Below are positions 27,256-36,203 of a stretch of 64,000 nt of DNA, piece after piece. Position 1 is the stretch's first letter. Each line of letters starts with the position of its first letter. Origin of the DNA: Alphaproteobacteria bacterium. Its GTDB lineage: Bacteria > Pseudomonadota > Alphaproteobacteria > RF32 > CAG-239. Where the stretch lies: the NCBI GenBank assembly GCA_017626035.1, contig JAGAJR010000018.1, forward strand, positions 36,329 to 100,328, given 5' to 3'. Below the pieces are notes generated by a model, which saw only the letters and a program-made list of their open reading frames with translations, had not been told where the DNA came from and made no database searches. The position numbers were made by a program, and so were the translations under genes.

Positions 27256-27573
27256 ATGGTTAAGGATATTAATTCAGAGCAGGAAGGCAAATACGATATT
27301 TTACAAAATGCGGCCGGAGAGATTCTCATTATTATCAAATATCGTGAGGGCGGCCCTGAAAATCCGCGTTTGGTTTATGATGGTGGCGAGCAGGCTCTTT
27401 TGTATAGAAGCCGTGAAAGTGCCGTTATGTTGGATGCCATTAATGTAAATGCCCGCAAGCCGTTGAAATCGGTTGATGAAATCCTGATGGTCGAGATTGA
27501 GGATGACGAAGTTGCCCGCGAATATACCGTTCCTGTTCGCATTGTTAAGAGTCTTCAGGCTTTGGCACAATAG
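27256..27573 (+). CDS. Hypothetical protein (105 aa)
   Basis: An ORF between tRNA-Lys and the nuoL-like gene. No recognisable domain. Confidence 0.35.
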   Translation: MVKDINSEQEGKYDILQNAAGEILIIIKYREGGPENPRLVYDGGEQALLYRSRESAVMLDAINVNARKPLKSVDEILMVEIEDDEVAREYTVPVRIVKSLQALAQ

Positions 27574-27675
27574 TTACTTATACACAATCCGGGTATGGTT
27601 TACGACAATAAGGGCTTTAAAAGCCCTTATTTTTTGTTATATTGGCAGAAATAAAAGCTTAAGGACGAAAACACA

Positions 27676-29334
27676 ATGATATCTGACATTTTTCTTTATC
27701 TGATTATTGCCGGTTTGGGGTCCGAAATTATTGCCAAGGACAGGTTTGAAAGATTCCTGACATTTATTTTGTTTGGAATGCTTGTGTTTTTGGGAATGAA
27801 TTTTTTCGAGTCATGGCAGGCCGGAGTAACGGATAAGTTTACTTACCATTGGATAACCTCAAGGTATAATAAGGCGGATATCAATATTTTTTCTTCGGCT
27901 GAAAATTATGCTCTTATTTTTCCGTTTTTTATCATATCGGCATTATTGGTATTGGATAATCTTTTTTATCCGCTTGAACCGAAAAAAAGCAGTTTCAGCG
28001 GTTTAATCGTCTTAAATCTGGCCTGTCTGATATTGCTGATTTGCAGCCGGAATTTTATTCAGCTGCTGATTGGGGCTTGTGCGATAGATGTTTTGGGGTT
28101 TTATGTTACCGATGATATGGAAGCCAAAAAGAAATATACCTTTTATAATACAATAGCGGATTTGGGCTTGTTTATGGTATTTGCGGTTTTGTGGGGATAT
28201 TTGGGCAGTATGGAAATAAGCCGACTGTCGGATTTTCACAAACTCGGGGCTCATCGGGATTTGATAGCGATTCTGTTAATTGCTTGCGTGATGATAAAGT
28301 CTGGAATGTTTATGTTCCAAAATCAGTTTTTGGACTTTCAAGGCTTAAGCTTTAACCGCCTGAATATGATTTCATTTGTTTCCACGCCTGTCGTTGGAAT
28401 TATTATCCTCTGCAAAACCTACCCTTTGCTGGAGATTTCCCGTTATTCCGTTCCTCTGATTCAGATTATTGCCGGAGCTTCCGTTTTTTGGGGCGTATGC
28501 GGAGCTTTGTTGATTGATAATATCAAGGAAAAAGCTTTGTATTTGAATATGATGTTATACGGAACAATTTACGGACTTTTGTCTGTCGGGTTGATAGAAA
28601 GCACTTTGTTGTCCGAATTGTTGGTCGGCGGTTTTTTATTGGTATCTTGCCTGATGTTGGTCGTTATTTCATCGTCAAATGAAAATTATGTTTCGAGAAT
28701 GGGCGGGTTTATCCGGTCTTTGAAATGGACGTTTTTTGTAACTTTAGCGGTCATACTCGCCGTATTCCAGGTTTTGATAAAAAACACAACACCCGAAAAC
28801 CACTATTGGATGTGGGGATATGCGGCTGCTCTGACTCTGAGCCTGAGCTACGTTCTGCCTCAGATTTATTTTGGAAAAAGCAATGCGGACGAAAGGGTTT
28901 TCGCTATGTTAAAAAATGCTTTCGTATCCTATTGGGGGCCGGTTTTATTGATTGCCGCCGTTTGGGTTTATCGGCAGAACTTGTGGAATAAGACATTATA
29001 TGCCCTTTGTGCGGCCTTTGCCCTGTTATTGATTTTGAGGCCTCTTCGCCGTTTGGGAGCCGCTTATGACAGTGAGCAGATACAGGAAACAGATTTTTTT
29101 GAAAGTCTGTATAATATTATGCTGATTGCCCCGATAAAAATATTGGGAAGAGTGTTGTGGCTGACGATTGATTTCCTGATTATAGAAAAAACGCTTATCA
29201 ATACGTTGGGAAAAATAATGAATCTTTTAATCCAAGCCGTGCAGAAAATAAACAGCGGTTCAGTGTGGAACAATATCGCGTTTATTCTTCTGGGCTGGGG
29301 AATTATCATCTGTTATTTTTATTTCCGAGGATAG
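27676..29334 (+). CDS. NADH-quinone oxidoreductase subunit L-like antiporter-type membrane protein (highly diverged)
   Basis: A 552-aa polytopic membrane protein. The region LLIGACAIDVLGFYVTDDMEAKKKY..ADLGLFMVFAVLW aligns to the NuoL TM5-6 block ([23 protein letters not shown]...). It is positioned as nuoL in the nuoLMN-birA-rnj arrangement. Confidence 0.55.
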   Translation: MISDIFLYLIIAGLGSEIIAKDRFERFLTFILFGMLVFLGMNFFESWQAGVTDKFTYHWITSRYNKADINIFSSAENYALIFPFFIISALLVLDNLFYPLEPKKSSFSGLIVLNLACLILLICSRNFIQLLIGACAIDVLGFYVTDDMEAKKKYTFYNTIADLGLFMVFAVLWGYLGSMEISRLSDFHKLGAHRDLIAILLIACVMIKSGMFMFQNQFLDFQGLSFNRLNMISFVSTPVVGIIILCKTYPLLEISRYSVPLIQIIAGASVFWGVCGALLIDNIKEKALYLNMMLYGTIYGLLSVGLIESTLLSELLVGGFLLVSCLMLVVISSSNENYVSRMGGFIRSLKWTFFVTLAVILAVFQVLIKNTTPENHYWMWGYAAALTLSLSYVLPQIYFGKSNADERVFAMLKNAFVSYWGPVLLIAAVWVYRQNLWNKTLYALCAAFALLLILRPLRRLGAAYDSEQIQETDFFESLYNIMLIAPIKILGRVLWLTIDFLIIEKTLINTLGKIMNLLIQAVQKINSGSVWNNIAFILLGWGIIICYFYFRG

Positions 29335-29337
29335 AAA

Positions 29338-30771
29338 ATGGGAACATCGGCAGCATTTTTATCAATGATTATTACCGTTCCGTTTATCGGGCTTTTGTTT
29401 GCCCTGACGGCTAAAGATGATGAAAAGCACTTGGGACGAAACGCGTTTCAGGTTAGTTTTTTCACGGTTACGGTAAATTTGTTTTTAGTCTGGAGAATAT
29501 TTACGCTTCTGGATTTGAAAAAAACGGGGTTGCAACTGGTTGAGAAATATCATTGGCTTGAAAATCCGGGAATTGACATTGTTTTTGGCGTGGATGTGTT
29601 TTCCATGCTGCTGATTTTAGGTGTCCACATTGCTCTTTTGGTGGGGATGACGGGTGTCCGCCATCATCAGGAACATCAAAAATCCCTGATGGTGTTTTCG
29701 CTGTTGTTTTTAAGTATGATGACCGGTTATCTGGTTTCGGCGGATGTCTTTTCTTTTTATATCTTTTTTGAAGCAATGCTGCTGCCGTTGTTTATGCTGG
29801 TCGGTATGTTCGGAGAAATTAAAAGGCAGCCGGTCATCTTTCGTTTTTTGATTTATAACCTTATGGGAGCGGCCTTATTATTTGTAGCCTTGCTGATTCT
29901 GTTTGATTCAAATAACGTGAATATTGCTCTGAATTCGATTCATAAGGTCAAATTGAGCAAAAATATGGAATTTGCCATCTGGGCGGCGATTTTTATCGCT
30001 TTCCTGTCCAGAATTCCTGTTTGGCCGTTTCACTATTGGATTTCGGCGATTAGTTCCAATATCAAAAATCCGTTGGTGTTTATTGTCGCCAATATTGTTC
30101 CGCTGACGGGAGTTTACGGCTTTATCCGTTTTTGGCCGAAAACGGTTCCTGAATCTGTTCAATACTATATGCTGGCTTTAGAAATTATTTGCGTTATTTC
30201 CATGTTGTTTATCGCCCTCATCGGATTGATTAACAAGGATATCCAGTATAAAATATTTTCTTATATGACGGTTTATTACATTTTTTATTTGCTGAGTGCG
30301 TTTGTTCCGGTCAGCACAATCCAATTGAATATCGGTTTTTCGCTCTTTTCGTATCTGATAGTGGTTTCGGCGATTGTGATGATGAATTCTTATCTGGAAA
30401 TCCAACAGGGCTTGCTTGAAATATCTCCGGGCGGCATCCTTTGCTCGGTGCCGAGAACGTCTTTTGTGATGTCTTTTCTGATTTTGGCGGGGGTAGGGCT
30501 TCCGTTGTCTTCCATGTTTAATAATAACTTTGTTTTGCTGGCACATTTGTTCGGGCATAATCTCAGAATGAGTATGGTAGTTATGTTTTCCCTCGTTTTG
30601 GTTTCATGTATGCTCCTGCAGGAATTGTTCAATATGAAAGATATTTCCAAGGTTTGTCAGGAGAAATCCTGTTGTGAGGATATATCTGTCCGAATGTTTG
30701 GGTTTATGTCCGCCGTGATTTTAGTTTTGATATTGTCCTTGATGAACCCGTTGTGGTTTCTCGGCAGTTAG
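29338..30771 (+). CDS. NADH-quinone oxidoreductase subunit M-like membrane protein (diverged)
   Basis: A 477-aa protein. FSFYIFFEAMLLPLFMLVGMFG matches the NuoM FFFFWEMMLVPMYFLI block, and IFIAFLSRIPVWPFHYW matches FFIAFAVKMPVVPLHGW. Confidence 0.6.
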   Translation: MGTSAAFLSMIITVPFIGLLFALTAKDDEKHLGRNAFQVSFFTVTVNLFLVWRIFTLLDLKKTGLQLVEKYHWLENPGIDIVFGVDVFSMLLILGVHIALLVGMTGVRHHQEHQKSLMVFSLLFLSMMTGYLVSADVFSFYIFFEAMLLPLFMLVGMFGEIKRQPVIFRFLIYNLMGAALLFVALLILFDSNNVNIALNSIHKVKLSKNMEFAIWAAIFIAFLSRIPVWPFHYWISAISSNIKNPLVFIVANIVPLTGVYGFIRFWPKTVPESVQYYMLALEIICVISMLFIALIGLINKDIQYKIFSYMTVYYIFYLLSAFVPVSTIQLNIGFSLFSYLIVVSAIVMMNSYLEIQQGLLEISPGGILCSVPRTSFVMSFLILAGVGLPLSSMFNNNFVLLAHLFGHNLRMSMVVMFSLVLVSCMLLQELFNMKDISKVCQEKSCCEDISVRMFGFMSAVILVLILSLMNPLWFLGS

Positions 30772-30779
30772 GAGGTTAA

Positions 30780-32201
30780 ATGTTTCAGACCTATATCAGC
30801 CTTTTTCCCGAGTTTCTTTTGTTGTTAGGCTTGTTAACGCTGTTGTTTACAAATAAATTTCGTTCGGCCAAAACACCCAAGACTTTTTTTACCGTCAGTA
30901 AAATATACATTACCCTGTGCCTGCTGTTTACAATAGTTTTTTATAATCGCAACGGTTTTCCCGGATATTTGGAAAATAACGGATTTACAACCTTGTTTAA
31001 GACGGTTGTTTATCTGCTTTCTCTGGCCTGGTTTTATCTTTCCTGCAAATGGTTTTTGATAAAAAACCGCTCCAGTCTGAGTTTTTACACGCTGGGCATA
31101 ACCAGTTTGCTGTTGCTGAGTTTTGCTGTTTCCGCCGAGAATTTGCTGGTGCTGTTTGCGGCAATGGAATTGGGCTTCTTGTTGAACTTCTTTTTAATCC
31201 GCATGGAAGATACGCATGAGATGTCATGTGTGGCCAAACGCTATTTGATAACCGCCTTGTTTTTTGCGGCAATGTTTGCACTGGGGATTTTTATTTTCTT
31301 TCAGGATGCGGGAACATTGAGTTATGCGGGAATTGATGAGTTTTTGAATAAAGAAAAAAATATTTCTCTGCGGCATTATATTGCCTCGGCGTTAGTGCTT
31401 TCTTCCGTGTTATACATGATTGGTTTGGCTCCGTTTCATTTCTGGATACAGGAAACGGCCGGAAAAGCCATTCTTCCGGTCAGCGGCTACCTGATGTTGA
31501 TACCGGTATTTGCATATTTTGCGATTTTTGTGGATTTGACGATAAATGTTTTTTATGCGGTTTATCCGTTGTTCAAACCGGTATTAAGTTGCTTTGCGGT
31601 ATTGTCGATATTTATCGGGGCATTGGGAGCCAACGGCGAACAAAATATGCGAAAGCTGTTTGCTTGCAGCGGAACTTATCATATCGGTATAGTGTTTCTC
31701 TGTTTGTTAGGGTTTAATGACGCCAGCCTGTTGGGAAGCTTTGTATATTTGGTAACTTATACTTTGTCGGCAATGGGGATTTACACGGCGTTTTACGGTT
31801 TTAAGCGAAAAGGCGAATATCTGAGGACTTTGCCGGAAATCAGCGGCATTTCGGAGATGAAACCGTTTATTTCCGCGGCTTGCCTGGTCTTTATGATTTC
31901 GCTTATCGGGACGCCGCCGTTATTAGGCTTTTTGGGAAAATTATCGGTTATGAATAATTTGGTTATTTTAGGAAATTACTGGGGAATATTGCTTATTTCT
32001 CTGGCACTTCTGATGTTGGCGGCAGCATATTTAAGAGTCATCAAAGTAATGTATTTTGATGTCAGAACAGGTGTCTTTGACCGGGCAGACAAGGGGATAT
32101 ACATCTGCCTGCTGATTAACATTATTTTGGTGCTTATTTCGATTTTGAACCCGAAATATCTGATGTCGGACGTTGAAAGAATATTGGTTACCGTATTTTG
32201 A
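30780..32201 (+). CDS. NADH-quinone oxidoreductase subunit N-like membrane protein (diverged)
   Basis: A 473-aa protein with about 14 TM helices. It lies immediately upstream of birA, as nuoN does in alphaproteobacteria. Confidence 0.55.
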   Translation: MFQTYISLFPEFLLLLGLLTLLFTNKFRSAKTPKTFFTVSKIYITLCLLFTIVFYNRNGFPGYLENNGFTTLFKTVVYLLSLAWFYLSCKWFLIKNRSSLSFYTLGITSLLLLSFAVSAENLLVLFAAMELGFLLNFFLIRMEDTHEMSCVAKRYLITALFFAAMFALGIFIFFQDAGTLSYAGIDEFLNKEKNISLRHYIASALVLSSVLYMIGLAPFHFWIQETAGKAILPVSGYLMLIPVFAYFAIFVDLTINVFYAVYPLFKPVLSCFAVLSIFIGALGANGEQNMRKLFACSGTYHIGIVFLCLLGFNDASLLGSFVYLVTYTLSAMGIYTAFYGFKRKGEYLRTLPEISGISEMKPFISAACLVFMISLIGTPPLLGFLGKLSVMNNLVILGNYWGILLISLALLMLAAAYLRVIKVMYFDVRTGVFDRADKGIYICLLINIILVLISILNPKYLMSDVERILVTVF

Positions 32202-32941
32202 GGATGATAATGAAAGAGATAAACGGTTGGAACCTGCTTGAATATGAAGAAACGGGAAGCACTAATGACGAGGCTAAAAAACTCAGCTTGAATCCCGCGT
32301 ATAAAAAGTATATAGTAACGGCACTCCGGCAAACCGGCGGACGGGGAAGAAGAGGGCGGAACTGGGTAGGCCTGGAAGGCAACCTGTTTATGTCTCTGGC
32401 AATGGAAACCCGATTACGCGACTGGGGAGCGATAAATTTCATAACCGGTTTAAGCCTTTTGCAAACCATAAAGAGTTATTCCGCTCAAGCCGATGTCCGG
32501 TTGAAGTGGCCGAACGACGTTCTGGTAAACGATTGCAAAATTTCCGGCATATTGTTGGAAAAGGGCGAAGGAGATTACTTGATAATCGGTGTGGGAGTGA
32601 ATATTAAAAAGGCTCCGGAAGTGGCTGCCGCTTATAGCACGACAAGTCTGAAATCCGCAGGAATAGAAACAGACAGGACGGAGTTTTTGAGAAGATATGT
32701 GTCCCGTTTTGATGAAAACATAAATCGGTGGCGGGAACAAGGATTTGTGCCTGTTCGTGATGAATGGCTGAAATATGCAAAAAATTTGGGCGGAACAATT
32801 GCCGTTCATACGGAGCGGGAAGATAAAGAAGGAATTTTTTTCGGAGTTGACGACAATGCGGCTCTGCTGCTGCAAACTCCGTCCGGTATTGAAAAAATTT
32901 ATGCCGGAGATGTATTTTATGTAGGAAAAGAAAATGAGTGA
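32198..32941 (+). CDS. birA: Biotin--[acetyl-CoA-carboxylase] ligase BirA (catalytic domain only)
   Basis: A 247-aa protein. The BPL motif GRGRRGRNW is present, followed by WPNDVLVNDCKISGILLE. Confidence 0.8.
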   Translation: MRMIMKEINGWNLLEYEETGSTNDEAKKLSLNPAYKKYIVTALRQTGGRGRRGRNWVGLEGNLFMSLAMETRLRDWGAINFITGLSLLQTIKSYSAQADVRLKWPNDVLVNDCKISGILLEKGEGDYLIIGVGVNIKKAPEVAAAYSTTSLKSAGIETDRTEFLRRYVSRFDENINRWREQGFVPVRDEWLKYAKNLGGTIAVHTEREDKEGIFFGVDDNAALLLQTPSGIEKIYAGDVFYVGKENE

Positions 32942-34601
32942 TTTTGATAGAAGCGGAATATATTTTCTGCCTTTGGGCGGGGCTGACGAAATCGGAATGA
33001 ACCTTTATGTTTATGCCGTAGACGGGAAATTAATCGTCGTTGACGCCGGATACGGTTTTTTGAATGATGATTATCCGGGAATGGATTTGGGTTTTGCCGA
33101 TGTGTCGTTTTTAAAGAATTATACGGATGATATTGAGGCTTTGTTTATAACCCATGCCCATGAGGATCATTTCGGAGCCATAGCCCAGATATGGCCGGAA
33201 TTGAAATGTCCGGTCTATGCGACGGATTTTACCAAAGGCCTGATAGAGGAACGCCTGAAGGAATACCATCTGGACGGAGAAGTCCCCGTGCATTCGGTCA
33301 GCGGAAACAAAATTATCCGCCTGCAGAATTTTGAGGTGGAATATGTTTCAATTGTCCACTCTGTTCCGGAAACAAGTGCCCTGATTATCCGTACCCGTTT
33401 CGGCAATGTGGTGCATGCGACGGATTGGCGGTTTGACGACAGCCAACTGCCGTTGATACAAACGGATTATCAGGCATTGGAAAAAGCAGCCAAAGACGGT
33501 GTGGAAATGTTTGTCTGCGATTCAACAAATGTCTTGGTTGATGAAAAACTTCCGAGCGAAAATGATGTTCGCCAAAGCCTGATAAAATTGATTCCGACTT
33601 TTGAAAACGGGTTGATTACCACTTGTTTTGCCTCCAATTTGATGCGGCTGGAGAGTCTGATATTGGCGGCTGTCGAAGCTCAGCGAACACCGGTTTTGGT
33701 AGGGCGGACTTTGCTCCAGAATATGCGGATTGCCAAAGAGTGCGGCTATTTTAAAAATTTGCCGAATGTTCTGGATATTCAGGAGGCCAAGGAAATACCG
33801 TCGGACAAGGTGCTGTATATTTGTACCGGTTCGCAGGGAAATTACCGCAGTGCCCTGACTAATATTGTTAATGGCGAAAACAAAGATATTAAATTGGGCA
33901 AAGGCGATGCCATCATCTTTTCTTCCAAGATTATTCCCGGAAATGAAGATAAAATCGAGCGAATGCAGGAAAAATTGATTGCTCAGGGTGTTGAGGTAAT
34001 TACGGAGGAAGATTATCTGGTGCATACGTCAGGCCACGCCACCAAAGAGGAATTGAAGCGGATGTATGATCTGCTTAAACCGAAAGTCGTCTTGCCGGTG
34101 CACGGAGATAAAAAGTTCATCAGAGAACATCAACGCTTTGCTCAAGCGTGCGGCATTCAACAAGTGGCAACGGCCAAAAACGGCGATGTTATGCTGTTGG
34201 AAAACGGACATATCAGTTGTTTGGAAGAAGTGCCGACGGATATTCTCGGCGTTGACCGCAAACAGATTACTTCGCTTAATTCGCAGCTGGTGAAAAACCG
34301 CCGCCGCTTGATGTATAATTGCAGCCTGTTTATCAGCACGGTATTTGATGAAAATTGGAACTTGGAAGATTTGCAGATTTCGTCAATAGATATTTTGGAA
34401 GAACCGGCATTTTTGGAACTTGCGGAGGAAATCAAAGCCGACGTGATAAAAGATATTCGGGAACACGTGGAAAAATTGAATTATAAAGTTCCGGCAATTA
34501 CAGACTATATTCGCGGTAAAATCAGAAAGCGTATTTACAATGAAACGGGAATAAAACCGGTGGTGTTTATGCACTTTTTCAAACGCCCGAAACCGGAATA
34601 A
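32934..34601 (+). CDS. rnj: Ribonuclease J (metallo-beta-lactamase / beta-CASP)
   Basis: A 555-aa protein. It has the MBL motif ITHAHEDHFGA and beta-CASP blocks. It sits in the nuoN-birA-rnj synteny typical of alphaproteobacteria. Confidence 0.85.
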   Translation: MSDFDRSGIYFLPLGGADEIGMNLYVYAVDGKLIVVDAGYGFLNDDYPGMDLGFADVSFLKNYTDDIEALFITHAHEDHFGAIAQIWPELKCPVYATDFTKGLIEERLKEYHLDGEVPVHSVSGNKIIRLQNFEVEYVSIVHSVPETSALIIRTRFGNVVHATDWRFDDSQLPLIQTDYQALEKAAKDGVEMFVCDSTNVLVDEKLPSENDVRQSLIKLIPTFENGLITTCFASNLMRLESLILAAVEAQRTPVLVGRTLLQNMRIAKECGYFKNLPNVLDIQEAKEIPSDKVLYICTGSQGNYRSALTNIVNGENKDIKLGKGDAIIFSSKIIPGNEDKIERMQEKLIAQGVEVITEEDYLVHTSGHATKEELKRMYDLLKPKVVLPVHGDKKFIREHQRFAQACGIQQVATAKNGDVMLLENGHISCLEEVPTDILGVDRKQITSLNSQLVKNRRRLMYNCSLFISTVFDENWNLEDLQISSIDILEEPAFLELAEEIKADVIKDIREHVEKLNYKVPAITDYIRGKIRKRIYNETGIKPVVFMHFFKRPKPE

Positions 34602-34636
34602 TTTAAGACAAAGCCCCTTTTTGAGGGGCTTAAACT

Positions 34637-34915
34637 TTATTCTTTAGGCTTAGAAAGAAATCCCGCGTAAACACGAAGTTGATAATAATTCGCCAGTTTT
34701 TGAATAAGTTTCCAGTTGACGGCTTCCCGCCCGATTTCCACATTGTCCAACTCTCTCTGCTTAATATGTAAATCCATACAGACAACGGAAGAGTTTATTT
34801 TCCGTTTTTGACGGATACGAAATAAGTGCATCCCTAAAGACCGTTGAATGGCTTTACGGATAGATTTGTTTTCCGATTGGTAAAAGAAATTGTTTTTAAT
34901 TTTATGTTCAGTCAT
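34637..34915 (-). CDS. XRE-family helix-turn-helix protein (copy 1, 92 aa)
   Basis: HTH_3-like region IRKAIQRSLGMHLFRIRQKRKINSSVVCMDLHIKQRELDNVEIGRE. An AAGGAG RBS lies 9 nt upstream. The protein is about 90 percent identical to the copy at 53682-53963. Confidence 0.55.
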   Translation of the reverse strand: MTEHKIKNNFFYQSENKSIRKAIQRSLGMHLFRIRQKRKINSSVVCMDLHIKQRELDNVEIGREAVNWKLIQKLANYYQLRVYAGFLSKPKE

Positions 34916-34940
34916 CTTTTCAAACTCCTTATTTTGTTTA

Positions 34941-35136
34941 ACTTAAACAAAACCCTGCCTTGTGAAGGCAGGGGGAGTTCAGAACTGTAGTAGAACAGTC
35001 TGGGTTATTCGAGCATAGCCTTATGTCCCCAGCTCCCCGTAAAGGAGTTGTTCTTTTTTCTACTAGGAGCTCTGACACTCCGCAGTCCACCTCTGAACTG
35101 CAAAAAAGATGATAAAGCAAATAGATTAATTTGCAA
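34941..35136 (-). promoter_or_regulatory. Conserved promoter + ~160-nt leader RNA ending in an intrinsic terminator (attenuator) immediately upstream of the XRE gene, copy 1
   Basis: Minus-strand promoter elements are TTGCAA (35131-35136) and TATCAT (35109-35114). The terminator hairpin CCCTGCCTTCACAAGGCAGGG (34953-34973) is followed by UUUUGUUUAAGUU. No separate promoter lies between the terminator and the RBS. Confidence 0.4.
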
Positions 35137-35319
35137 TTAAAATTCTAAGCCACAATCTTATAAGCGGCACATAGATACTAACAGGATGTCAAGGTGCTCA
35201 CTCTCCACAGCTAACTTTCGCCCGTGGTCGCCGACCACCCAACGGGGAGTTAAAGCACATACTCAACACCGCCAACTAATGCCCGTGCCGGCTCGGCACC
35301 GCCGACCACCCGCCGGCAC

Positions 35320-35754
35320 CTAGACGAACTCGTCAACTTCTTCAATGATTTCGTTTTTCTCGTAAAAATGCTTAAGATAAGAGTGCCCGGTGCGGTCGTC
35401 ATCATCTTCTTTGATGATGGATTGATTATTGCCGTAAACGTCAACCTGGCTAGGGGTGCGGCGTTTTTCGGGAGCGGCCGGAGTTTCATATACGCCGCTG
35501 GCCGTCAGGGCTTCAATGGCACTGGGAATATAGGTTGCTCCCGACAGAAGTTTGCCTTCATCGGGTTTATCCCGTTTGTCAAAGGCTTGCGGGTTATTTT
35601 CATTGCTGCCGCGATTCTCATCACGGACAAAAACATTGTTTGTGGTGTCAATATTTTCAACAAAAGGGTGCTCTTCCACCCCGGCAACATAACGTTCGGA
35701 TCTCTTTGCCGGAGCTGAAGTATTTGATACTTTTCTGGTAGCTGAAATACTCAT
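35320..35754 (-). CDS. Hypothetical protein (144 aa), acidic C-terminus
   Basis: An ORF abutting the right end of repeat copy 1. No recognisable domain. Confidence 0.35.
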   Translation of the reverse strand: MSISATRKVSNTSAPAKRSERYVAGVEEHPFVENIDTTNNVFVRDENRGSNENNPQAFDKRDKPDEGKLLSGATYIPSAIEALTASGVYETPAAPEKRRTPSQVDVYGNNQSIIKEDDDDRTGHSYLKHFYEKNEIIEEVDEFV

Positions 35755-35918
35755 TGCAATTCTCCAATGACAATATAATTACATCCTGTAACCTATAATC
35801 TCTTATTATTATGTTAGCATAAGAAAACTTTAAAAGCTATAATTATCTGATTTTGTGGAAAATTGTAACAAAAAAGCCACAAATGACTTTGTGGCTTTGG
35901 GAATAAGGTGTTTGTCCG

Positions 35919-36191
35919 TTAAAATTTAAGATCTTCTTCGGTAACTTCCTCATTTTCTTCTTTTTTGGCTTCTTCGGCCTTGCGGGCAGCGGCTTGTTCT
36001 CTGGCTGCCTTTTGCTGTTCTTTGACTTCGTTGATTTTGTTTTCAACTTCAACTTTTTTCTTTTTGGCTTCATCGACGGCCAGTTTGAGCTTTTCTTCCG
36101 CAACGGCTTTCAGTTCCGGAAGTTTTCCGGCACCGAAAATAGCGGCAACGATAACAACGACGAGGAACCAGCCCCAAAATCCTGAAAACAT
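35919..36191 (-). CDS. TatA/TatB-family twin-arginine translocase subunit-like protein
   Basis: A 90-aa protein. It has an N-terminal TM helix followed by the FGAGKLPEL motif, then a K/E-rich amphipathic tail. Confidence 0.45.
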   Translation of the reverse strand: MFSGFWGWFLVVVIVAAIFGAGKLPELKAVAEEKLKLAVDEAKKKKVEVENKINEVKEQQKAAREQAAARKAEEAKKEENEEVTEEDLKF

Positions 36192-36203
36192 GTTTTAATC
36201 TCC

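Larger units (their letters stand above)
34605..35300. repeat. Copy 1 of a duplicated ~680-bp module (XRE gene + conserved leader + upstream palindromic modules)
   Basis: It is largely collinear with 53651-54330. It shares identical blocks such as CTCCGCAGTCCACCTCTGAACTGCAA, GATGATAAAGCAAATAGATTAATT, CACATAGATACTAACAGG and CCCGTGGTCGCCGACCAC. Confidence 0.8.

Noticed and set aside
35105-35127. Conserved 6-codon mini-ORF ATGATAAAGCAAATAGATTAA (MIKQID) on the plus strand, present in both module copies
   Set aside because: It lacks a convincing RBS in copy 1. It coincides exactly with the conserved -10/-35 promoter sequence read on the opposite strand. Its conservation is therefore explained by the promoter.
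34916-35300. Possibility that the conserved non-coding part of the duplicated module is a two-piece alphaproteobacterial tmRNA (ssrA) or another housekeeping RNA (RNase P, SRP, 6S)
   Set aside because: - There is no tRNA-like acceptor or T-arm ending in ...CCACCA.
- There is no tag reading frame ending in Ala-Ala-stop.
- None of the conserved RNase P or SRP sequence blocks are present.
- The region is duplicated next to an XRE gene and its blocks are permuted, which does not fit an essential single-copy RNA.
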